Positions 41,131-53,419 of a DNA stretch of 64,000 bases are shown piece by piece. The notes beneath the pieces were generated by a model, which ran no database searches, was not told where the DNA came from, and worked only from the letters and a program-made list of their open reading frames with translations. The position numbers and the translations under genes are program-made. Position 1 is the stretch's first letter; each line of letters starts with the position of its first letter. The stretch comes from the human T2T-CHM13v2.0 reference genome, Homo sapiens, in NCBI RefSeq assembly GCF_009914755.1, contig NC_060942.1; one strand, 5' to 3'.

Positions 41131-42250
41131 AATGTCATTCTTCTCCAAACTGATCCATTGCGGCTGCTGGAAAACCTAGCAATGGACCGTTGTCAGAAAA
41201 TAGAAAAAGGCCAATTGTATACAGACAATTCTGAATTTTCTAAGGGCTAATTATCTGCTTTATAGATAAACTAGAAACCTTATGTTCCTGCTTCGTAGCT
41301 TGGTGGCCAGTGGCTTGCACAGCTACTGGGTACTATTAAATAAAGTAGATAAATGAAAATTTCATTCTGATTCAGTTGAACTTTCTGGAAAATTGAAGGA
41401 CTTAAGAATAGAAACTGACATGGATGGGAACCAATATTGTTAAAATCTGAATTTAGGTTTATCAACTATCATTCAGTTGTAGAAAGATATAACGTATTCG
41501 TAAAATTAAATTCTGCTGCAAAATATGTAAGGAAATTCAACTTATTGTATCTGAAGGAAAAAACTTAGATTGTAGTCAATATATCTTAATTTAGTTATTG
41601 ACACTATGTACACCATTCATGTTAAGTTTTCTGATTTTTAAACAAGCCCAAGTTTATTAATTATTTTTGAGATCCTTCACTGAGTAGTATAACAATTCAG
41701 TTGTCACCTTTACTTTTATTCTCTTGACTCTTGCCATTTTGTTTTTCACCTTTTTTTAACTAAACATCTCCTTTTTCCCTTAGAGAAAAACTATAAAATG
41801 CCACCTCCTCCCTTTTAATTAAAAAAAATAATAATTCTACCAGCAACATCTCCAGACCTGTGTCTCGGAATAATCACATCATGTTGGATCTATCACAAAT
41901 ATTTTATTTTTACACAATGATTTTAAGCTAAATAAACACCAAGTCATTTCTGAAATGGTCATAGAAAACACAGAAGAGCAATGTAGGGCTTAGGTGGAAA
42001 GTGGGGAAGAGAGTTAAGGCTCATATGTATATGCAAGTCAGGTCATTCATAGCAGCATCCAGTTGAAACATAGCAACCTCCTCCGTAACCGTTCATCCCC
42101 CAAACACTTGATTCTCAAAGCAAACTCAGACTCCTCCATTTCTTAGCCTCCAGAATTGGATTTGTCCCTCATCAGTTTACTGTCTTACTGCCTCATTTAG
42201 TCAAAGCATATTTTGAAAATAAATAGGTAATTCATATAAAGAAAGTCAAT

Positions 42251-42571
<321 letters not shown>

Positions 42572-43107
42572 TTACTGCTTATTGGTATGTACATTTTAAA
42601 GTCGTTTATAATGCTTATCCTGTTGAAATTAAAAATCTTTTTGACTAGAAAAAGCCTGTGTTGATACTAAATATAAAACCTGGTTAAACCTAAGTTTGGG
42701 GAATTCAGTACTTTAATTGATGTTGGTATTTGATACCCCACTAGAGGCACTGCTCCTTGGGGTTATCCGCCGACATGATTCCCGTCACATCAGACTATCA
42801 GGGCAGGGGAAAAACAAAAGAAAAAATATTTTCATAGGACTGACATTATACTAAATTTTTATCAACTATTAATCAATATAAGAATTGATCTAATAATATA
42901 TATTGAGAGTATAATTCTATTGTCTGGCTGACTTAATCACTTTCATATGGTAAGATTGATTGACTTTTGGATATTTGGCGTGTATTTTTTCTTTAATTTT
43001 TTCCATTGCTGGCCACACCCACTAAACTAAATTATAACTCTTTGCTTCCATATTTTCATCATATTAAATGCTTGCACTCTTTTTTTCTTCCATTTTTACT
43101 ATCCCAG

Positions 43108-43169
43108 TGTCCTGTTTCCCAGAGGAACAGTTCATTTCAACAGCCAGGGAGAAAGCCTGGATGCTCAAG
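43108..43169 (+). CDS. MAPRE2: MAPRE2 62-nt internal exon, encodes CPVSQRNSSFQQPGRKPGCS plus 2 nt of a split Ser codon
   Basis: Long pyrimidine tract ending atcccag| and donor AAG|GTAAGG. Open in phase 0, continuing MKQNRDQK as in the recalled isoform. Confidence 0.9.
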
Positions 43170-43783
43170 GTAAGGTTTATATAAATTACGTTGCATGACT
43201 CCTTGCTTAAAAATTAATTTAAAGTGAGTAGTAATATTGTCATTGTAACAAATTTATTTTCAAAATTCCAGTACACAATTAAAGCCGATATTTGAGTAAA
43301 TATGCTCTTTTAAAACACTATTTTTCAAATCAAATTCCATTTCCCAAGTGTACGAAGGGCTAATTAATTGCTATTAGTAATTCCTCCAAAAATGGTCAAG
43401 CCAATTAATTAAAGTTTAATTTTGAAAAATCTTATGATAGGTGGGGAGGGTAGAATATCAAGATATGGTCAAAATGAACTCATGACATCGCTATTTATAA
43501 ATAAATGATTTTTATTTGATATTGTTAAGAATCAAGAAAGCCACTCTGTTGGCTTTGAGAGGCAGAAAGAGAGACAGAGTGAGAGCGTGCGAGCGTGCGA
43601 GCATGTCTGTGACAGAGATGACGAACCTGGAAAGCCTCATTTTTTTCTGTCTGGGATTTGTCTTTGAGATGCAATCATTTTGACCTTCAGTTATTTCGAA
43701 CTATTACTCTAAGTCTCTGTAAGTAATGTCTTCAAGAGTCACCTCCAGGAGCCCTTAGAACAAAGGAACAATTAACTGAAATT

Positions 43784-43797
43784 CCACCAGATGGCAA
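43784..43797 (+). promoter_or_regulatory. CTCF-like motif
   Basis: CCACCAGATGGCAA matches the CTCF core CCASYAGRKGGCR. Confidence 0.5.
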
Positions 43798-44334
43798 TGT
43801 TTGGAAAGCCATTCAGAGAGGTCCCAAGCTACAAGCTATTATTGTTCACACAGAATAGTCTCACAAAGTGTGGTGTAACATCCTATATTTCATCAAAGGT
43901 ACTCTAAACATCTTTTATTTTACTCCTATTTCTCCACAGCATCAAACATTTTTACTTAAAAAAAAAGTGTGTGGGGACGTATGTGTTTTCTTCTTTCAAA
44001 AAAAAATTCTGGAATGATAAAATTAGAAACCTCATTCTTGAATAGTAATTCTCTAAACAGTAATGGTGACTATTAAAAGCTCAAATCATGAATAATATAC
44101 CATATTTGTTTTGGGGCCTCATTGTAATAAATGCTATGACTGGTGGTCACTTTTTAAATATTTGAGAAGAGAAACTGAAATTCTTCCACTTAATAGCATT
44201 TTAAGAAGTTGTCTTGATATTAAAATTTGCAGGTATAAAATTCACTGTATTGACTTGGAACAATTAGTTTATTTAGTGTGGAAGAATAGATGTTTTCTCC
44301 TGTTGCTCTAGTGAAAGTGGAAATATGGAGCACT

Positions 44335-44637
<303 letters not shown>

Positions 44638-44809
44638 TCAGGGGCCAGAGCAGGCTCTAGGACAGAGTTGGGACAGGGCTCAGTGGAAAGGTACCTGAGG
44701 GCATTAGAAATAGGAAGAACCAGGAAGAGAAACCACCTAAGCTTTCTGTGTCTATAGCTGCGGATCATAAGTGCCCTTTGAAAACTGATCTTGTACTGCT
44801 AGCCCTTAT

Positions 44810-44944
44810 AGTAGGTGGTCCATATGTCGGGTCTGTATGAGGCAATCCTGGTTCAAGTCTGTGTTCCTGGAAAATAGTCTAGTTAGCACTGCCTTTCACC
44901 CTCAAAACGTTTCATTTTGGATGATAAATTATATGATCATCCTA
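44810..44944. mobile_element. hAT-Blackjack MITE (MER94/MER81-like)
   Basis: Ends ttggatgataaattatatgatcatccta, the reverse complement of the family terminus. Confidence 0.55.
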
Positions 44945-45029
44945 TCTTCCAGGCTGGTGAAGAAAAAGTAACAGGAAAAGGTGGCCCACTATCTAAATAG
45001 GGTGTTGCTTTCTAAATCTCCTTATATAT

Positions 45030-45250
45030 GGGGGTATGGGACAAATGTGTTTTTAAAGAGCCAAATTGTAAATATTTTTTGCCTTGCTGGTCATACAAGT
45101 CTCAGTCTAAACTGTTCAACTCATTGTAGTGTGAAAACAGACAAAGATAACACATAAAGAGATGGCCTTGGCTGTGTTCAGTAAAGCTATTTACAAAAAC
45201 AGGCAATGGACTATACTTGGCCTGCAGGCCATCATTTGCGCATCCATGAT
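45030..45250. mobile_element. MER58A-like
   Basis: gtaaatatttt...ggctgtgttcagtaaagctatttacaaaaacaggc...ggcctgcaggcc. Confidence 0.7.
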
Positions 45251-45383
45251 AGATAACAGAGATGGGTTAAGTTGGTAGGAGATGGCAGAGAACCAAAGAG
45301 AGAACCATCATTAGTCCCTCTCCCTTCTCTCTATATCCCTTCTGGGTTGCACCCTCCTTTATTTAACCCTTTCAGGAACTAGT

Positions 45384-45657
45384 ACAGTTGACCCTTGAAC
45401 AACATGGGTTTGAACTGCACGGGCTTACTTATAAGTGATTTTTTTTTTTCAATAAATGCAGTCAAACTTCCATATCCGTGGATTCCAGATCCGCAACCAA
45501 AAGTAAACTGAAAATACAGTATTCATCGGTATATGAAGCCAAAGGCAGCCAGCTTTTCATATTGCTGGATTCAGTGGGCCAACTGGGGGACTTGAGCATG
45601 AATGGATTCTTGTGGGGGAAGGAAGGTTCTGAAACCAATCCCCTAGGGAAAGCTGTA
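45384..45657. mobile_element. Tigger-family MITE (MER8/MER2-like)
   Basis: TA target site followed by the TIR cagttgacccttgaacaacatgggtttgaactgc. Confidence 0.75.
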
Positions 45658-47724
45658 TTGATCATTTCCTTGAATGAGTAATCCTATCTGCTATTAAGTG
45701 GTTCCTGAGATTCCTTTACTGGGTGTCACTTCTTGTTTCTCATCCAAATCTGTTCCTGCACCACACACAACATGCTTGTACTTTATACCTCATGATGTAT
45801 AAGACTCAGGTGACACCTGAGTCTTAGTGTTAAATACTGAAGCAATAGCTCATTAGTAGGCAATTTAATTTTATGCTTTGATCCTCACTAAATAGTTATC
45901 TTTGGGAAATATAATCAGTCACGTTAAGGAAAAGTTCATGTCGACTATACCAAATTTTTTATTATATTAATGAAAAGTAACATAATACACTTAAAGAAAA
46001 CCTAGAGGAGAAAATCACCCATAACAACACCATCCTAAAATAACTATTTTTCCATTTTTGCATATTTGGTCTTCTCACGGGCATTCCTAATTTTCCACAG
46101 TGCATATCATAATGAGTGTGAACTTTGTATTTTACCTACTGTGAGTCACAGCATCTTTTACTTTCATGGGTCATCAGAACTATTATTGGAATTGCAGTAT
46201 AATGTTATATCAACATGCCATAGTATGTGCTTTAATTCTTACTATCTTCCCATTTTCACTATAAAAAATGCTATGCTAAATTTTTATACAGATCTTGTTG
46301 TTGGTTTGGTTTCGTTTGGTTTGTGTCTATTCATCTATTTTCTAAGGTCACAATCCCAGAAGTGGGATTATCTGTCAAGGACAGACCATTTTTATGACTT
46401 TTAATCTAGTTTACTATATTTTTCCCAGAGATTTGGAATAATTTACAAACATTTATAGTTTTAGGGTACTAGTTTCACCATAACATTTTCAGAAAGCATT
46501 TAATTTATTCAATAGTATTTACTGAATGATTACTAACTGTAAAGCACTGTGCTGAGTGTTTTGGGGTGTGTGTGTGTGTGCATGCACGTGTGTGTGTGTA
46601 CATATATATATATGAATGATGTGCTCATTCTACATTTATTTTGTGCCTACTATCAGCTAGGTATTGTAGTTTTTCAATAGTGAGCAAGAGATAGCTTCTA
46701 TCTCAGAGCATTTGACTTTACTGGGGAACTAAGATATATGTAAACGACTTTAGTAAGAAAATAAGATGCACCATAGGAGAAATACAGTTACAGTATAATG
46801 GGAGTTTGGGGAGGGGGAGGTAGAGATGACATCTGAGCTGAGCCATGAAGGTGAGTTGGTGTGGAATACTCAGGGATGGTGAGATTAGCTATTCATTCCA
46901 TAAACATGTATTGATCACCAACTCTGTGCCAAGTTTTATGGTAAAAGCTAGGGATATAGAGGTGACCAAGGCAGAGCTCTTAAAGCATACTATCTAATAG
47001 TGTAAAGAATATTTTTTAAAAAATCATTATAAGGGTGATAAGCAGGCTAGCTTGCCTGGCAGAAGATACACAAGGTTAGGGATGAATGCGAGTTTCCCCT
47101 GGAATGAAACTTTTCCATGGCTTCTCTTTTGTAAGGCACAGCCTTCATCATCAGTTATTGTGTCAGAATCTGTGGGAACATCTGCTTCTGGAAGCTTGAA
47201 GTTTCTTGTAATTGCACTTGTACTGACCAACATTCCAATTAAAGTTGGCCTGCATTGACAGTCCCCTAAATGAGTACATTTACTGAGAATGCACGGAGGA
47301 TAGGCCTGGGATCGGTGAGACCTACAACTTGGCCCTCACCAGATGATGATGGAAGTAAATCACTAAAAATTGTGGGTTTCATTTGTGTTTTGTCTTTAAA
47401 ACAGCTGGAAGGAACCTCACTGATAATCTAATCCAACATCTCATTTTACAGATGAACATTCTTGAGTGAGGAGAGTTTGAGTGACTTTTCTAGGGTTAGA
47501 CAGTGGCATTACCACAGCACCAGAACCTTCACTTCTGATTCTTCTTGTTCTATGGTCACTGCTTTAATTAGCCCTGCCTCATCTAAACCATAGAGGTAGT
47601 AAGAATTAGGACTAGATTAACCTAAGCATCCCTTGTATAATAAAAGCAATAAGATAAATTTTACCCATCTCACACCACAGTAACAATTTTTTAATTTACA
47701 ATTTTTAATTAAAATTTTAATTTA

Positions 47725-48000
47725 GACCATGGTAGGTCACGCCTGTAATCCCAACACTTTTGGAGGCTGACACTGGAGGATCACTTGAGGCCAGGGGTTC
47801 AAGACCAGCCTGGGCAATATAGCAAGACCTCATCTCTCTACAAAAAAAATAAATAAATAAAAATTAAAAACAATTAGCCAGTGTGGTGGCCCATGTCTGT
47901 AGTTGCAGCTATTCAGGAGGCTGAAGCAGGCAGATCCCTTGAATCCAAGAGTTCAAGGCTACAGTGAGCCGTGATTGTACCACTGCATACCAGCTTGTGA
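47725..48000 (+). mobile_element. AluJ (3' end truncated)
   Basis: Diverged sense dimer lacking a tail. Confidence 0.85.
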
Positions 48001-49339
48001 GCTGGACAAATAGCTTGACCTCACTAAGCTCCACTCTCATCTTCAAAGTAGAGATGTAATACATCTTGTTTGTTGTGAGAATAATTAGAGGTAACATAAT
48101 TGTTGGGTGCATCATGGACACTCAGAAAATATTGAAATATTGATTTTCTTTCCCCTTCCCTCCTAGAGCTACAGGTTCTTCATGGGATTCCTTTTGTTTA
48201 TTCATCAAGTTGCCTTATAAGACTTCTGAGAATTAAATGATGGAATAAGGGTACATTTATAAACTGTGGTGCAGAGATTAACGTTCTCATTTCTGAGTTT
48301 TACTTAACTAGGCTTAAGTAGAGGTTTAGAGATTTTCTTTATGGTTCCTTTTCCTCCTTTTCTTCAGTAGCTTATCTTACATGTTCTATGGATGTGTTGG
48401 TAAGACTTAAGAATTCACTTGTTTTCTCTGTGTTTTACCTTAAAATAATGTGTCAAATAAATATAGAGAGGTAGATGGTTAGATAAAGAAAATATGGCTA
48501 AATGTTAACAATTGCTGAATATAGCTGGTGGGTATGAATGTCTGTTATACTATTATAAGATTTTTTTTACCCTTCTGGAGGTTTGAAATGTCTCAAGCAA
48601 AATTTTTTAGAGCATTATGTATCAGGTATTAAGCTTCTACCATGGCTCCATCACTGTTCAGGGGCAGAGGGTAGATTTTGCGTGAGACAGTCAGGGTTCT
48701 CAGCCCTGATGGAGATATGGCCCACTGCAGGGAATGTTAATGAAATAGGCAGTTCCATTCCAGAGTGCTGAGTGCTGTGGTGGGAGAAGTACAGGATGCC
48801 GTGGGAGTCCTCAGCAGCAACAGCTAAGCCAGAACTGGTGTGCAGAGGCCAGACAAGGCTTCCAAGTTTCGAGGCGTCTAATCTGAGACCCGAAGGAAAA
48901 GGAAGAGCTAGCCAAGTGTTGGGGAGAGGAGGACTTCAGAGAAAGGGAAATTGTTTGGGCAGAAAGAGTAGCAGCTTCAAAGATCTGGAGGGAAAATAAG
49001 AGAAGCATTTGGCATATTAATGAAATTGAAAGAAGTTAAGTAATGAGCTGCAGCATTGAGGGAATAGTGACAGGTAGGGCTGGACAGACAGACAGATCAG
49101 GAAGGGCCTTGCCAGGCTAAAGAAGAACTCTTGGTTGTATCATAAAAGATGTTGAAGTCCTTTAAGCGTAGAGGTAAAACTACCTGTTTTATATCTTAGA
49201 ATGGTCACTCTGATGGCTGTGTAAAGGAAAGATCAGGAAGGGACATGATTAGACAGCAGAGAGACCAGGCGGAAGATGATTAGCATCTGGCTATAGTGGT
49301 GACAGCTGGGGTAGAGGTTAATGGGTGGATTTGAGTACT

Positions 49340-49395
49340 ATTTAGGTGGCAAAAAAAAGGAAAAAAACCACAGTTACTTTTGCACCAACCTAATA
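49340..49395. mobile_element. MADE1 (mariner MITE) half
   Basis: aaaaaccacagttacttttgcaccaacctaata matches the Hsmar1 TIR. Confidence 0.75.
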
Positions 49396-50044
49396 GAAAG
49401 GACTGGGGAAGGAAGACGTCAAGGAGTTATTCATTCATCTAGCGAACACACAGTGAGTGCTTGCTATGTGTTAAATGCTGTTTCAGTGCTATGAAGAGAA
49501 GTAAAGAAAGGGGGACAGGAATACAGCCGGAGGAGGTGCTATTTTATGTAGGGGGAAGTAATGGAGAGGGATTTTCTAGAGGAGAACACATTGATCTTTA
49601 AGGGATGGCAAAGTGAGAAGTAGTCACCTAAAGATCTTGGGGTTCAGTGGGATCCCTGGGAGCCCCACAAGTGGCAGTGCTGTGGTTGGCAGAAGATAGT
49701 GCCCAGTGTCTGGCATGAGTAAGTGGGGGCTTTGGTGAGTGTTATTTACTGAGACAGGACACATTGTAAACGTGAGGACAAGAATCAGAAGCCCAGTATT
49801 GCCCATGTTGTGCTTAGGGTGCCTGTGACGTTAAAAAAGATATAGATATAGATATCTTTATGTATATATATGGATTTGAGACCTGAACTCTGGAAGAAAA
49901 AGAAATGAATTACAGCTTTGAGGGTCACTAGCATGTAAGCAGTAAGCCACAAATATAGATAAAATTGCCCAAGGAGAGTATAGAATGAGAAAGGGAGTCC
50001 AGAGTAGAACCTTGAAAATCACCAATATTTGAAATGTAGATTAA

Positions 50045-50525
50045 GAAAAAGAGAGAGTACACCTATGTTCACAGCAGCAGCATTCACAGTCGCCAAAAGG
50101 TGGAAACAACCCAAGTGTCCATTGAGAGATGAATGGATAAACAAAATCTGGTATATACATACAATGGAATATTGTTCAACCATAGGTAGGAAATTCTGAC
50201 TCATGCTACAACATGGGTTAATCTTGAGGCCAATGCGTTAAGTGAAATACACCAGTCACAAAAAGACAAATACTGTATGATTCCACTTATGTGAGCTATC
50301 TAGAGTAGTCAAATTCATGGAGACAGAAAGTTGAATGGTGGTTGTCAGGGGCTGACAGGAGGGGGAAATGGAGAGTTAGTGTTTAATAGTTATAGAGTTT
50401 CAGTTTAGGGGAATGAAAACATTCTGGAGAAGGATGGTGGTGATGGTTGAACAAGAATGTTAATATATGTAATGTCACCAAACTGTACACTTAAAAATGG
50501 TTAAATTGGTAAAATTTTGTTATAT
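50045..50525 (+). mobile_element. L1MB-class 3' end
   Basis: ggaaacaacccaagtgtcc...gacaaatactgtatgattccactta...ctgtacacttaaaaatggtt. Confidence 0.88.
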
Positions 50526-50994
50526 GCATTTTACTACAATGTGAAAGTGAGAGAGATGAAGATTAGCCAGAAACACAAGAGAAAGACCAGTTGAGTATGC
50601 TATCATGGAAGCCAAGGGAAAATAGCATTTCAAGAATAGCAGGGTCAGGAAATCCACATGCCCATAAAGGTTATATAAAATAATAAACACTAAAAATGCC
50701 TATTGCTTTAGCAACAAAGAGGTTGTTAGTGATCTTGGTGAGAATAATTTCAATGTCATGTTCAGAATGGGAGCCAGATGCAAGAAGTTGAGGAGGAAGG
50801 GAGAAATTGAGAAGTGGAAAGGGCAGGTTTAGATAACCCTTAAGATACTGACTATAAAGATGGAGACAGAAAGCAGGACCTGTGGGGAAGAAGAGTTGAT
50901 TTAAGGTAGAAGAGACCTGAGTGATTTAAACACTGCCTGGAGGCAGCCAGTGGACAAGGCATAGGAGAAACTGGTAGAAAGTTACAAACTAGAG

Positions 50995-51645
50995 CTTTTT
51001 AATTTTGTTAATTGACAAATAGTTCTTGTACATATTCATGGGGTACATAGTGATGTTTTGATATGTATAATGTAAGTAATTATATCAGGGTACTTAGCAT
51101 ATCCATCATGTAAAATATTTATAATTTCTTTCTGTTAGGAACATTTAATATTTTCATTCTAGCTATTTGAAACTATATGTTATTGTCAACAATAGTCAAC
51201 CTACAATGGTATAGAACACTAGAACCTATCCCTCCTGTCTAGCTGTAATTTTGTATCCTTTAACAAATCTCTCCCTATCCTTTCCTTCCCCCAACCCTTC
51301 CCAGCCTCTAGTATCCTGTCTTCTACTTTTTACTTCTATGAAATCAACTTTTGTTTAGTAATAGCTTTCACGTATTAGTGAGAATATGCAGTGTTCAACT
51401 TTCTGCTCCTGGCTTATCTCACTTAATATAATGACCTCCAGTTCCATCCATGTTGCTGTGAAAGACCAGATTTTGTTCTTTTTCATGGCATTGTGTGTAT
51501 ATACTACATTTTCTTTATTCATTCATCTGTTATTGGACACCTAGTTTGATTTAATATCTTGACTATTGTAAACAATGCCACAATAAACATGGGGGTACAG
51601 ATGTCTCTTTGACATAATGATTTACTTTCTGATTTAAATATACCA
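50995..51645 (-). mobile_element. L1MA-class 3' end
   Basis: cttgtacatattcatggggtacatagtgatg...gggtacagatgtctctttga. Confidence 0.88.
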
Positions 51646-53246
51646 GGGCTTTGAAAAGGCAGGAGGCAAGAGGGGAGACCATAGCCCTTTATTGCAACAA
51701 GCAAGAATCCGAATAAGATGGCAATCCTTTAGGTAAATATGTAGGTTTGGGGACAGAAAAGTTAAATTCTGGTCTAATGGCTTCAATACCTTCTATAAAG
51801 TCAGATGCAAGGCCATCTGCTAAGGGAAGAGAAGGTGGTAGGGTCGGAGATATAAGGACACGGAAAAAGTATTGAAACATCTGGTTTATGAATAATGACG
51901 GAACCCAAACTAGGGAAACAGAAGGGTGATTTAGAAGCATTGAGATCCACTGGGTTTGGAGGCCATCAGTTTACAGTTGTGCTAGTCTCCCGGGCAGGGT
52001 GATTTTTTTTTTTTTTTTGGTCCCAGCAGGTCTCGGCAGTCTATATAAGGCATATATACCTGGCAGATAAAAATTGTATAAAAGCTCTTCTTTGGGGAAA
52101 CGTGAAAATTGATCATGAGGGTGACACATTTATTTTTAAATGGACTAATGCTTTATTTCTTTCTCTTTACAATGTTGTAAGAGCCAAATGACTGGGTTAA
52201 GAGTTGCAAATTGTTTGGTTTATAATGAGTTTGTTATTGGTACAGAGATTGTAACTAACTCTCCAGGGCCCTCTGTTGACTACAGAGATTATTGGGGACC
52301 AACCTTAATTATCAATTGATCATTGATCAGAGTGAAACTTAGAACAACTTACTGAGCAGTTTGATGGTGTTACATCCCCCCTCACAAACTTGTATTCCCT
52401 TTTAAGGGTACTGTGGCCCCAGGGACAAGCACTGTGTTGCATATACAAATACATCTACACTATGCTTAGTGCACCTTTACCACGTTGTAAATCCATGGCA
52501 TTGCCATAGATTTTTGCCTTTTGCATGGAGTACCAGGATCTAGTTAAGTAACAGTCATTTTTGCTAGCCAAAATGTCACTAAAATTACTCTGAGGTTGAC
52601 ATGTCTTATCAAAATTTTCTGTACAAGTAGGCTGTGGTATATGGAAAGAATGCTACTGCTGTCTCACAGGCCAATGCCTAGAATGCTTGTATATATTCAG
52701 ACCCCTAAACAAGAAATGTGTTTCCTCTACCCCCCTTCACTTTCTGACTTTACTTTCCTGGCCAGAGAGTCACTAAGAATAACAAGTCCTGCCATCAACA
52801 AGTTGGTGATAGCCTAGGGATTCTGGTCCTGGTGAGGTTGAGTACAGGGGAAGGAGCAAGACCTGTAAACAGTCCACCAAGCCAAAGTGGATTCACCTTC
52901 ATTTCCTAAACTGTGTAATACCTGAACACCAGACCCCTGTATATAGGGGAAAACATGTGGGAGAATAAACTTTATTTGATGCCTACGGTGTACCAGATAC
53001 TCTGCTAGCAACTTATCCTCATATGTTCTACATGAAACTTCGTTGTTGCTTTTTACAAATGAGGAAATTGTTTCAGAGAGGTTACTGACTTGTTCAAGGC
53101 ATATAGTTAGTAAGTGGTAGAGCCAAGATTAGGACCCAAGCGGGTGTGAATGCAAATTTGTTATCTACCCTAACGAATCACGTTTTATTTTCCTTCTAGT
53201 CCTCATTCACATAATTTTACACAGTTGGTGGGTGTGTATAGGGATG

Positions 53247-53249
<3 letters not shown>

Positions 53250-53297
<48 letters not shown>
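53250..53297. repeat. (TG)n microsatellite, ~23 units
   Basis: Pure TG run. Confidence 0.97.
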
Positions 53298-53299
<2 letters not shown>

Positions 53300-53419
53300 T
53301 TTTGCCTTTAAGCCCTGGTTGGGAAGAATTTTTTCCTTTCTACAGTTGTCAGATCATGAACAAAAATTCAGAACAAACCCCAATAAATTGCAGAAACACT
53401 AACTAAAATCAAATGCTAC

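Larger units (their letters stand above)
48600..50990 (+). mobile_element. Fragmented L2 with nested insertions
   Basis: Purine-rich L2 text (gaatggtcactctgatggctgtg, tcatggaagccaagggaa, gagacctgag). Confidence 0.6.

Noticed and set aside
42737-42752. CTCF-like ccactagaggcac
   Set aside because: One G short of the core spacing, so a poor match.
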